Origin: Pseudomonadota bacterium | GTDB taxonomy: Bacteria > Pseudomonadota > Gammaproteobacteria > Burkholderiales > Burkholderiaceae_D | Length of the DNA: 35,744 nt | Reading direction: 5' to 3' | Assembly (NCBI GenBank): GCA_041174665.1 | Contig: JBEDGK010000050.1 | Location: 1-35,744, forward strand | Part shown: piece by piece, positions 1 to 9,681 of the stretch | How positions within the stretch are numbered: position 1 is the first letter of the stretch | Layout of the letters: each line of letters starts with the position of its first letter | Translations under genes and position numbers: made by a program | Notes under the pieces: model-generated | Seen by the model: the letters and a program-made list of their open reading frames with translations, nothing else | Database searches by the model: none | What the model was told of the DNA's origin: nothing

Positions 1-888
1 GCATTTCTACTTTCCTGCGGCTTATGCGCGCATCGACTGGCAGCAGCCCTACCTGTTTCTTGATCAAGAGTTGCGGGCCGTGGTGCATGACGGAGAACTC
101 GGCAAACGCTTCGTCGACAAACTGGTGCGGGTAGCCTGCCTGAGTGGCCAGGCCGAATGGGTCTACATCCATATCGAGGTGCAGGGCGACCCGCAAGACG
201 AGTTTGCCGAACGCATGTTCGTCTATCACTACCGGCTCTATGATCGTTACCGCCAGCCGATCGCCAGCCTGGCGGTTTTAGCTGATGAGCGGGCAAACTG
301 GCGACCGGAGGTCTTTCGTTATGAAAGCTGTGGCTGCGAGCTGGCGCTGCGTTTTCCGGTGGCCAAGCTGCTGGACTGGTCAGGTGAACAGAGAAGGCTT
401 GGCGACAGCAGTAATCCGTTTGCGGTGGTGACGCTTGCGCACCTGGCCACGCGAGAGACCAAGGAGGATGCCCGAGCGCGCCATATGGCCAAGTGGCAGC
501 TGGTGCAGGGTTTGTACCGGCGGGGATTTGATCGGCAGCAGGTGGTGGATCTGTTTCGAGTGATTGACTGGATGATGCGAAGCCCAAGGATTTGCAGGCT
601 CAGTTAAGGCAGGATCTGAACACACTGGAGGAGGAATCGAAGATGGTTTACATCACGTCGATAGAGCAACTGGGAAAAGAAGAGGGTATGCAGGCGGGCA
701 TGCAGAAGGGGCTTCTCAAGGGCAAAGTCGAGCTACTGGAAAGACAGCTGTGGCGACGTTTTGGTGAATTGCCGGATTGGGTTCATGATCATCTCTCGCA
801 AGCAGACGAGAGCAAACTCGATGGTTGGACTGATGCCGTTTTGACGGCAAGCTCGCTGGATGGAGTGTTCGCATCAGATTCGCACTGA
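1..888 (+). pseudogene. Rpn family recombination-promoting nuclease / putative transposase (PD-(D/E)XK) with DUF4351-like C-terminus; 5' end outside window; frameshifted near 581
   Basis: Frame 2 is open from base 2 (HFYFPAAYARIDWQQPYLFLDQELR...RFVDKLV...HIEVQG...FAERMFVYHYRLYDRY) and stops at 607. The homologous continuation (PKDLQAQL...MVYITSIE...RRFGELP...A...L..W) is in another frame to 888. One base appears to be missing at cga-ag-ccc. Confidence 0.8.
643..888 (+). CDS. Candidate internally initiated Rpn C-terminal protein (RpnS-like, 81 aa)
   Basis: GGAGGAGG at 627-634, 8 nt before ATG 643. Product MVYITSIEQLGKEEGMQAGMQKG... has the (G-x-x-x)n repeat and DUF4351-like helical domain. 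Confidence 0.55.
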   Translation: MVYITSIEQLGKEEGMQAGMQKGLLKGKVELLERQLWRRFGELPDWVHDHLSQADESKLDGWTDAVLTASSLDGVFASDSH

Positions 889-905
889 TCGCGCCCAATC
901 CAGAC

Positions 906-2306
<1,401 letters not shown>

Positions 2307-2328
2307 TCAACTGATCGGTAACTGTCTG

Positions 2329-2337
2329 ATTTTACCA
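2329..2337 (-). promoter_or_regulatory. Extended -10 element for purB
   Basis: Minus strand TGG-TAAAAT about 47 nt upstream of the purB ATG. Confidence 0.45.
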
Positions 2338-2396
2338 TCCGTTAAACCGGTACCCCGCCGATGCATCAAGTGGAGAGATGCACTGTTATTTGCCAG

Positions 2397-2405
2397 TGCT
2401 ATAAT
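2397..2405 (+). promoter_or_regulatory. Extended -10 promoter for gst
   Basis: Perfect TGc-TATAAT 30 nt upstream of ATG 2436. Confidence 0.6.
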
Positions 2406-2435
2406 CCGCGTCCTTCGAATCATTGTCGAATCACT

Positions 2436-3047
2436 ATGAAACTACTTGGATCTCTCGCTAGCCCCTACGTGCGCAAAGTCCGAATTGTCATGGCTGAGAA
2501 AAAACTGGAGTATGAGTTCGTGCTCGAGGATGTGTGGTCGCCTGATTCGACAATCACCGAGGCCAATCCTTTGGGCAAGGTGCCTTGTCTGATCATGGAG
2601 GACGGTGGCGCGATGTTCGATTCGCGCGTGATTGTGGAGTATCTGGACACGATGTCTCCCGTAGGCAAATTGATCCCTGGCTCCGGCCGTGAGCGTGCCA
2701 GTGTCAAGTGTTGGGAGGCGCTGGCTGACGGAGTGCTGGATGCCGGGATCCTTATTCGCCTTGAAACCCTGCTGCGGCCTGAAGAAAAGCGCAGCAACGA
2801 CTGGGTCGAGCGTCAGCATGGCAAAGTACGCGCTGGCATCAAGGCCATGGCGTTCGGTCTGGGTGAGGCTGCGTTCTGCGTCGGCACGCATATCTCGCTG
2901 GCCGATATCGCTGTCGGATGCGCGCTAGGGTGGATCTCATTCCGTTTTCCGGAGATGGACTGGCGTGGCGATCATCCAAATCTTGCCCATCTTTTCGAGA
3001 AACTCTCGGACCGCCAATCATTCCGCGACACATTCCCGACTGTCTGA
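2436..3047 (+). CDS. Glutathione S-transferase (YibF-like)
   Basis: MKLLGSLASPYVRKV, NPLGKVPCL, FDSRVIVEYL, SLADIAVG. Start moved to ATG 2436 because the promoter lies inside the longer ORF. Confidence 0.93.
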   Translation: MKLLGSLASPYVRKVRIVMAEKKLEYEFVLEDVWSPDSTITEANPLGKVPCLIMEDGGAMFDSRVIVEYLDTMSPVGKLIPGSGRERASVKCWEALADGVLDAGILIRLETLLRPEEKRSNDWVERQHGKVRAGIKAMAFGLGEAAFCVGTHISLADIAVGCALGWISFRFPEMDWRGDHPNLAHLFEKLSDRQSFRDTFPTV

Positions 3048-3156
3048 TCTCGGGAACTCATCTGCGTCTTCTGCAGAAAATTTCCGTGATCACCGCTGCC
3101 CGAGTCAGGATCTGCTGAGCGGGCGGCGGCGCTTTGGTCTGGAACGGTAGTGGTGT

Positions 3157-3630
3157 TCAATCGTCATTCATCTGGGATTGCAAGTAATTTTGCAGTCCGA
3201 TCTTCTCGATCAGATCCTTCTGGGTCTCGATCCAGTCGATATGCTCTTCAGTGTCATCAAGGATTTTCTGGAAGATCTCTCGCGACACATAGTCGCGCGC
3301 GGCCTCGCAAGCCGCCACGCCGTCCTTCAGCGTCTGCTGTGAGATCTTTTCGAGTTGCAGATCGCAGTCGAGCATCTCTGGCGTATTCTCACCGATCATC
3401 AACTTATGCAGCGCCTGAAGGTTAGGAAGTCCTTCCAGCATCAGGATACGATCGATAAGGACATCGGCATGCTTCATCTCGCCGATAGATTCTTCGTATT
3501 CTTTCTTGCCCAGTTTTTCCAGGCCCCAGTGCTTGTACATCCGCGCATGCAGGAAGTACTGATTGATTGCAGTCAGTTCATTGGTCAGCTGATCATTGAG
3601 CAGCTTGATGATGTTCGGGTCGCCCTTCAT
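3157..3630 (-). CDS. bfr: Bacterioferritin
   Basis: MKGD...NELTAINQYFLH, EEMKHAD-like heme Met52 (GEMKHAD), DTEEHIDW ferroxidase ligands; SD GAGG. Confidence 0.98.
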   Translation of the reverse strand: MKGDPNIIKLLNDQLTNELTAINQYFLHARMYKHWGLEKLGKKEYEESIGEMKHADVLIDRILMLEGLPNLQALHKLMIGENTPEMLDCDLQLEKISQQTLKDGVAACEAARDYVSREIFQKILDDTEEHIDWIETQKDLIEKIGLQNYLQSQMNDD

Positions 3631-3865
3631 GAATACCTCGTTCTGTCGAATGTCGTGAATCAGGATTGTCCAGCCCAGACCGAATCTTACCGCGCCATTC
3701 GAATAAATGTATATGAGCGACGAATCAGCTAGGTGCTGCTTGAATCCCCTTTTTGTGGCGAGCCAGCGAAGCGCTGGTGCTCGAGGCTCAGCAAAATCAA
3801 GCGTTGGGTGACATTCCGCCGGCGTTAAGCGCTACTAGCTTTGTTTGAGCACCACTTCCAAAAGA

Positions 3866-3901
3866 AATGATTGCGAATCATTCGCAAAGTGGGAATGATT
3901 C
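3866..3901. promoter_or_regulatory. Cluster of Fur-box-like sites
   Basis: Perfect palindrome TTGCGAAT-C-ATTCGCAA (3871-3887), overlapping AATGATT-gcg-AATCATT (3866-3882), plus a further GGGAATGATTC (3891-3901). Lies between two iron-storage genes. Confidence 0.7.
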
Positions 3902-3989
3902 AGCGGGATTAACAAGGTGCGAAGAAGGCTGCGATGGTGCGGCAGCTCAAAACGATTCCGCCGCGAGAACGCGGCGGCGCAGAGGAGGC

Positions 3990-4202
3990 TCAGGCGATAA
4001 CGGGTTCGCGGCGAACTTCGGTGATCCTGCGAGAGGTGTCTTCAAGAGACTCACGAACGATCGTCCGCGCGCAGGGCAAGCATTTCCCGCAGCAGCTGCC
4101 AAGACTCAGTTGGCTACGGACTTCATGCAGCGATCCCGCGCCCGAGGCAATCGCTTGCCGTATGGCTTTGTCCGACACGTTGTGACAGATGCAAACGATC
4201 AT
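3990..4202 (-). CDS. bfd: Bacterioferritin-associated ferredoxin [2Fe-2S]
   Basis: MIVCICHNVSD...LGSCCGKC (CxC...CxxC), 70 aa, upstream of bfr. Confidence 0.95.
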   Translation of the reverse strand: MIVCICHNVSDKAIRQAIASGAGSLHEVRSQLSLGSCCGKCLPCARTIVRESLEDTSRRITEVRREPVIA

Positions 4203-4257
4203 GGCTGGGACCGATCCGAGGGTGTTGGGGGCTGGCGTGGAATTGCTGCCTTTTTGT

Positions 4258-4309
4258 AAATGCGAACAATTCTTGTTTAGATTATTGGCGATTCCCGTCC
4301 GCTTGGCAA
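4258..4309 (-). promoter_or_regulatory. bfd promoter with Fur-box-like operator
   Basis: Minus strand TTGCCA-17 bp-AATAAT (4309-4281), followed by the degenerate 7-1-7 site TGCGAAC-A-ATTCTTG (4261-4275). Confidence 0.55.
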
Positions 4310-4411
4310 GTGATTCTTGGGGTTTCGTTTGATTCGCCCGGAATGGGCTGTCACAGAGTCGGGGGCGTCAGCGCGGCGCCAAGCTATTCACGGGCATTTT
4401 GTGGGGCCTGT

Positions 4412-5518
4412 TCAGGCAAGTAACGCTCCACTGGCGGCAATGACCCCTCCCCCAAGACAAACGTCTCCGTCATACAAGACGGCGCTTTGCCCCGGAGTGA
4501 CCGCCCACTGAGCATCATGAAAACTCAGGCTGAACTGGCCATCGGGCAAGGGATAGTGAAAGCAGCGCGTATCCGACTGTCGGTAACGCGTCTTGGCGGA
4601 CACAGGTCCCTCGGGGGGAGTGTGGCCTGCGACCCAACTCACCTGATCAGCCTCGAGCGAGTGCGACAGCAGCCATGGATGATCGTGTCCTTGCACCACA
4701 TAAAGGATATTGTTGGCCACATCCTTGCGCGCCACGTACCAGGCGTTGTGGTAGCCATCAGTGCTGGCGGATTTTTTCATGCCGCCCAGACCGATGCCTT
4801 TTCGCTGACCGAGGGTGTAGAAAGACAAGCCGACATGCTCGCCGACGATTTGTCCCTCGGGGGTCATCATCGGCCCGGGCCGGAACGACAGGTAGCGGTT
4901 CAGGAATTCGCGGAAGGGGCGCTCGCCAATGAAGCAAATGCCTGTCGAATCTTTTTTATGTGCATTGGGCAGCTCGAGCTTGTCTGCAATCTTGCGAATC
5001 TCGGTCTTGTGCAGATCCCCGAGAGGAAACAGCGTACGGGATAGCTGCGCTTGATTCAGCCGGTGCAAAAAATAACTCTGGTCTTTGCTTGCATCGATCG
5101 CCTTGAGGAGTTCGAACTGACCATCGACCTCGCGCACACGAGCGTAGTGCCCGGTTGCGATCAGGTCAGCGCCAAGGCTCATCGCGTGATCGAGAAAGGC
5201 CTTGAATTTTATTTCGGCGTTGCACAGTACATCGGGATTGGGCGTTCTGCCTGACTCGTATTCGCGCAGGAATTCGGCGAATACACGATCCTTGTACTCC
5301 GATGCAAAATTGACGGCTTCGATATCGACGCCCACCACATCAGCCACGCTAACGGCATCGATCCAGTCCTGCCGAGTCGAGCAGTATTCGTCATCATCAT
5401 CATCTTCCCAGTTCTTCATGAATAGGCCGATGACTTCATACCCCTGCTGTTTGAGCAGCCAGGCGGCGACGGAAGAATCCACGCCGCCCGACATGCCCAG
5501 CACGACCCTCTTACGCAT
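4412..5518 (-). CDS. mnmA: tRNA 2-thiouridine(34) synthase
   Basis: SGGVDS PP-loop, [36 protein letters not shown]. Confidence 0.98.
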   Translation of the reverse strand: MRKRVVLGMSGGVDSSVAAWLLKQQGYEVIGLFMKNWEDDDDDEYCSTRQDWIDAVSVADVVGVDIEAVNFASEYKDRVFAEFLREYESGRTPNPDVLCNAEIKFKAFLDHAMSLGADLIATGHYARVREVDGQFELLKAIDASKDQSYFLHRLNQAQLSRTLFPLGDLHKTEIRKIADKLELPNAHKKDSTGICFIGERPFREFLNRYLSFRPGPMMTPEGQIVGEHVGLSFYTLGQRKGIGLGGMKKSASTDGYHNAWYVARKDVANNILYVVQGHDHPWLLSHSLEADQVSWVAGHTPPEGPVSAKTRYRQSDTRCFHYPLPDGQFSLSFHDAQWAVTPGQSAVLYDGDVCLGGGVIAASGALLA

Positions 5519-5996
5519 AGCTGTGGCCGGTCACGCTTGGATGAGTGTACAGCAGCGACAAGGGACTACGCTGGCCCAGCAGATAGTCATCCACGCATTG
5601 AATCACCAATGGACTGCGGTGTTTATCCTGGCAGGCGAGTAACTCCTCGCGGGTCATCCAGATGACTCGGATTATGCCCTCGTCCAGGGGGCGATCATGC
5701 CGGCCGCCCAATGTGCCGGCGAAGGCAAACCGCAGATAAGTCACTTCCTCGCTGGTGCGGCTGGACACGTAACGAGACATGTAGATGCCCACGAGCGATT
5801 CAGGCGTGAAATCGAACGCTGTTTCTTCCAGAGCCTCCCGTGCAACTGCGTCGATCAGCGACTCGCCGGGATCAAGATGCCCGGCAGGTTGATTGAAGCG
5901 TATACCGTCGCTGGTTTCCTCTTCCACCAGAAGAAACCGGCCTTCGCGTTCGATAATGGCCGCAACAGTGACCGAGGGTTTCCAGAGGGTAGACAT
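5511..5996 (-). CDS. nudJ: NUDIX hydrolase (NudJ/YmfB-like)
   Basis: [15 protein letters not shown]...GE....[10 protein letters not shown] Nudix box, YLRFAF, RSPLV; sits directly upstream of mnmA as in E. coli-type neighbourhoods. Confidence 0.85.
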   Translation of the reverse strand: MSTLWKPSVTVAAIIEREGRFLLVEEETSDGIRFNQPAGHLDPGESLIDAVAREALEETAFDFTPESLVGIYMSRYVSSRTSEEVTYLRFAFAGTLGGRHDRPLDEGIIRVIWMTREELLACQDKHRSPLVIQCVDDYLLGQRSPLSLLYTHPSVTGHSYA

Positions 5997-6309
5997 GGTT
6001 TCCTTAAAAGACGCAGTATTTTACCTGCACGCACATCGTCTCCGTCGTGTCACCGAGTGCATCATGCTTGGGGCGTATCAAGCATGACCTTCCCCCAACG
6101 CCTGCATTGAGAGGCAGAATTCATCCCTTCGTTAACGAATTCAAATGGTTTCAAATGGACAAGCTTTCCTAGACGTCAGCAATAAATTCAGCAACAAAAT
6201 CGTATTATGCCCAGCATGGACGAGGCACCGACGCCGCAGAAAAAGAACGGTTGTTCTGTTTTTTGATTTGCGTGTAAGATTCGTCCTTCATTTTTTTTGG
6301 AGAACCCCC

Positions 6310-7425
6310 ATGAAAATCGGCATTCCAGCCGAGACGCGGCAGGGTGAAACGCGGGTCGCCGCGACACCTGAGACAGTGAAAAAACTTGTCGCCGCCAAGC
6401 ATCAGGTGGTCGTCCAGTCAGGTGCGGGTGTAGCCGCCAGCATTACCGATGAGGCGTTTTCCGCGGCCGGCGCTCAAATCGTTTCTGCCGCCGAGGCATT
6501 CAGCGCGGAGATGGTTCTCAAAGTGAGAGCACCGTCGGCAGACGAGCGTGCCGCCATGAAATCCGGCGGCGTGCTGATTGGCATGCTTAATCCATTTGAC
6601 GCCGACAACAATCAGGCGATGGCTGCGGCTGGCCTGTCTGCTTTCGCATTGGAGGCAGCGCCACGTATCACCCGCGCGCAATCCTTGGACGTGCTTTCCT
6701 CTCAAGCGAATATCGCTGGGTATAAAGCGGTGCTCCTGGCGGCCAATGCGTATCCACGCTTCATGCCTATGCTGATGACCGCAGCCGGTACGGTCAAAGC
6801 GGCACGCGTACTGATCATGGGCGTGGGTGTGGCGGGTCTGCAGGCGATTGCGACCGCCAAGCGCATGGGCGCAGTGATCGAAGCCTCTGACGTTCGTCCA
6901 CCCGTCAAAGAACAAGTTGAATCGTTGGGCGCGAAATTCATCGATGTGCCCTACGAAACTGATGAAGAGCGCGAAATCGCGCAGGGCGTTGGTGGTTATG
7001 CACGCCCGATGCCCGAAGCATGGATGAAACGCCAGGCGGCACTTGTGCATGAGCGCGCCAAACAGGCTGACATCATCATCACCACGGCACTGATCCCGGG
7101 CCGCAAGGCACCAGTGCTGATCAGTGAAGAGACGGTCAAAGCGATGAAGCCTGGCTCGGTGATCGTCGACATGGCCGTCGAACAGGGCGGCAATTGCCCG
7201 CTCTCCGAACTGGGCAAGACGGTTATCAAACATGGCGTGACGATCATTGGTGAGCCCAACATCCCTGCGCTGGTTGCTGCTGATGCATCGGCACTGTATG
7301 CGCGTAATGTGCTGGACTTCTTGAAGCTAATCATCGACCAGGAAGGCGCGCTGCACATCGATCGCAGCGACGAAATCGTTGCTGCCACAATGATGTGCAG
7401 CGGTGGCGAAGTACTGCGCAAGTAG
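6310..7425 (+). CDS. pntAA: NAD(P) transhydrogenase alpha subunit part 1 (domain I)
   Basis: MKIGIPAE...[28 protein letters not shown] Rossmann motif, TTALIPG; SD GGAG before ATG 6310. Confidence 0.97.
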   Translation: MKIGIPAETRQGETRVAATPETVKKLVAAKHQVVVQSGAGVAASITDEAFSAAGAQIVSAAEAFSAEMVLKVRAPSADERAAMKSGGVLIGMLNPFDADNNQAMAAAGLSAFALEAAPRITRAQSLDVLSSQANIAGYKAVLLAANAYPRFMPMLMTAAGTVKAARVLIMGVGVAGLQAIATAKRMGAVIEASDVRPPVKEQVESLGAKFIDVPYETDEEREIAQGVGGYARPMPEAWMKRQAALVHERAKQADIIITTALIPGRKAPVLISEETVKAMKPGSVIVDMAVEQGGNCPLSELGKTVIKHGVTIIGEPNIPALVAADASALYARNVLDFLKLIIDQEGALHIDRSDEIVAATMMCSGGEVLRK

Positions 7426-7433
7426 GAGTCTTC

Positions 7434-7793
7434 ATGCAACGTATCATGCTGCGCGCGAAGATTCATCGTGCGTCAGTCACGCAGTGTGACCTGAACTACG
7501 AAGGCTCGTGCGGCATTGACGAAGATTTGCTGGAAGCGGCGGATATCCGCGAATTTGAAAAAATCGAGCTGTACAACATCAACAATGGCGAGCGCTTCTC
7601 CACCTACGCGATACGGGGAAAGCGTGGCTCGGGCGAGATATCGCTTAATGGTGCGGCAGCCCGTTTGGCGCAATTGGGCGATTTGCTGATCATCTGCACC
7701 TATTCGCCAATGAACGAAGAAGAAGTCTCATCGTACAAACCGAAAGTCGTCTTTGTCGATGAAAAGAACCGGATCACCGGCCTGAAGAAATAA
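7434..7793 (+). CDS. panD: Aspartate 1-decarboxylase (pyruvoyl-dependent)
   Basis: AKIHRA, YEG/S self-cleavage site (G24-S25), [15 protein letters not shown]; SD AGGAG overlaps the pntAA stop. Confidence 0.96.
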   Translation: MQRIMLRAKIHRASVTQCDLNYEGSCGIDEDLLEAADIREFEKIELYNINNGERFSTYAIRGKRGSGEISLNGAAARLAQLGDLLIICTYSPMNEEEVSSYKPKVVFVDEKNRITGLKK

Positions 7794-7843
7794 GTATCAC
7801 CAAGGATTGCGTAAGCAGCCTCAACCGTCGCCAAGAGGACACC

Positions 7844-8161
7844 ATGGAAGTCAGTCATACCATCATTAACCTGATCATTTTCGTGCTGGCGATCTACGTC
7901 GGTTACCACGTGGTCTGGACCGTGACACCTGCACTGCATACGCCGCTGATGGCCGTCACCAATGCCGTGTCGGCCATCATCATTGTCGGCGCGATGCTGG
8001 CAGCGGCGTTGACCGAGGGTCCGGTCGGCCAGGTCATGGGTACGCTAGCGGTTGCACTGGCCGCCGTCAATGTGTTCGGCGGCTTCCTCGTTACCCAGCG
8101 CATGTTGGAAATGTTCAAGAAAAAAGAGCCCAAGGCTCAGGCCAAAAAAGAAGAGGCTTAA
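7844..8161 (+). CDS. pntAB: NAD(P) transhydrogenase alpha subunit part 2
   Basis: VTPALHTPLMAVTNA, NVFGGFLVTQRMLEMF. Confidence 0.97.
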   Translation: MEVSHTIINLIIFVLAIYVGYHVVWTVTPALHTPLMAVTNAVSAIIIVGAMLAAALTEGPVGQVMGTLAVALAAVNVFGGFLVTQRMLEMFKKKEPKAQAKKEEA

Positions 8162-9606
8162 TGATGAGCTTGAATCTAGTTACTCTGCTGTACCTCCTGG
8201 CGTCCATCTGTTTCATTCAGGCGCTCAAGGGTCTGTCGCATCCCTCGACTGCGCGCCAAGGCAACGCTTTCGGTATGACCGGGATGGCGATTGCCGCGTT
8301 CACCACCATTGCGCTGATCGTGAAGCTCAAGGCAGAAGCGCCACAAGGCATGGGCTATGGCTTGCTGGCGCTTGGCGTCATCGTCGGTGGCAGCATCGGT
8401 GCGGTACTGGCCAAGCGCGTCGAGATGACCAAGATGCCCGAGCTAGTCGCTGCGATGCACTCACTGATTGGTCTGGCGGCGGTCTGCATCGCCGTGGCCG
8501 CAGTGTCCGAGCCTTGGGCGTTTGGCATCTCTTCGCGTGATGAGCCCATCCCATTGGGTAACCGCCTTGAACTCTTCATCGGTACCTTCGTCGGTGCGAT
8601 CACGTTCTCGGGCTCGGTCATTGCGTTTGGCAAGCTCGCTGGCACATACAAGTTCCGCCTGTTCCAGGGCGCGCCGGTCGTCTTCCCCGGTCAGCATCTG
8701 CTGAATCTGGCACTGGCGGTCGTGATGATCGGTGCTGGACTGGTATTCGTGGTGGCACCTGGCGTCGAGGCGGCATGGACACCGTTCATTGTGATGACCG
8801 CGATTGCTTTCGTGCTGGGTGTCATGATCATCATTCCCATTGGTGGCGCTGATATGCCAGTGGTGGTATCGATGCTGAACAGCTATTCCGGCTGGGCGGC
8901 GGCAGGTATCGGCTTCTCGCTCAATAACTCGATGTTGATCATCGCTGGTTCACTGGTGGGATCGTCTGGCGCAATCCTGTCTTACATCATGTGCAAGGCG
9001 ATGAATCGCTCTTTCTTCAGCGTGATCCTCGGTGGTTTTGGTGGCGACGCGAGCGCGGCCGATGCCGGCTCTCAGCAGCAGCGTAATGTCAAGTCGGGCT
9101 CTGCCGATGATGCTGCCTTCCTGATGGGTAACGCAGAGACTGTGATCATCGTTCCCGGCTACGGACTCGCGGTCGCGCGTGCGCAGCATGCGCTGATGGA
9201 GCTCTCCGAAAAACTAGCGCACAAAGGCGTGACGGTCAAATATGCGATCCATCCGGTTGCCGGCCGTATGCCCGGTCATATGAACGTTCTGCTCGCCGAA
9301 GCCGAGGTCCCCTACGATCAGGTTTTCGAGATGGAAGATATCAACAGCGAATTCGGTCAGGCTGATGTGGTCTTGGTGCTGGGTGCAAATGATGTCGTGA
9401 ACCCGGCCGCGAAAGATCCGAAGTCGTCGATCGCCGGTATGCCGATTCTTGAGGCCTACAAAGCCAAGACGATCATTGTCAACAAGCGCTCCATGGCGGC
9501 CGGTTATGCAGGTTTGGACAATGAACTCTTCTACATGGACAAGACCATGATGGTCTTCGGCGATGCGAAAAAAGTCATTGAAGACATGGTCAAGGCAGTC
9601 GATTGA
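8161..9606 (+). CDS. pntB: NAD(P) transhydrogenase beta subunit
   Basis: MTKMPELVA, GGADMPVVVSMLNSYSG, PGYGLAVA, HPVAGRMPGHMNVLLAEA, GANDVVNP. Confidence 0.98.
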   Translation: MMSLNLVTLLYLLASICFIQALKGLSHPSTARQGNAFGMTGMAIAAFTTIALIVKLKAEAPQGMGYGLLALGVIVGGSIGAVLAKRVEMTKMPELVAAMHSLIGLAAVCIAVAAVSEPWAFGISSRDEPIPLGNRLELFIGTFVGAITFSGSVIAFGKLAGTYKFRLFQGAPVVFPGQHLLNLALAVVMIGAGLVFVVAPGVEAAWTPFIVMTAIAFVLGVMIIIPIGGADMPVVVSMLNSYSGWAAAGIGFSLNNSMLIIAGSLVGSSGAILSYIMCKAMNRSFFSVILGGFGGDASAADAGSQQQRNVKSGSADDAAFLMGNAETVIIVPGYGLAVARAQHALMELSEKLAHKGVTVKYAIHPVAGRMPGHMNVLLAEAEVPYDQVFEMEDINSEFGQADVVLVLGANDVVNPAAKDPKSSIAGMPILEAYKAKTIIVNKRSMAAGYAGLDNELFYMDKTMMVFGDAKKVIEDMVKAVD

Positions 9607-9621
9607 TTCGCTGCTCCCACA

Positions 9622-9655
9622 AATAAAAAAGCGGACCGCGGTCCGCTTTTTTATT
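9622..9655. terminator. Bidirectional intrinsic terminator between pntB and ubiH
   Basis: Perfect 34-bp palindrome AATAAAAAA-GCGGACCGCGGTCCGC-TTTTTTATT between convergent genes. Confidence 0.92.
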
Positions 9656-9681
9656 GCACGTGATTTGCCCTTGGCTCGACC

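Noticed and set aside
572-592. Programmed -1 frameshift in the Rpn gene
   Set aside because: No X-XXY-YYZ heptamer or CGA-AAG motif (the sequence is CGA-AGC) and no evident stimulatory hairpin; a simple indel is more likely.
3867-4259. 130-aa plus-strand ORF antisense to bfd starting at the Fur-like box
   Set aside because: Low-complexity composition, no SD and complete overlap with bfd; a non-coding explanation is preferred.
6145-6309. N-terminal extensions in the ORF track (pntAA from 6145; likewise gst 2361, surA 16133, rsmA 18537, ybeY 29023, globin 34710)
   Set aside because: The extensions overlap promoters or neighbouring genes and lack family similarity; downstream ATGs match the known N-termini.
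6418-7233. Long antisense and alternate-frame ORFs (e.g. 6418-7233, 17935-18699, 20838-21578, 27322-27969, 29484-30137)
   Set aside because: They are shadows of well-supported genes in GC-rich DNA, with no recognisable motifs.
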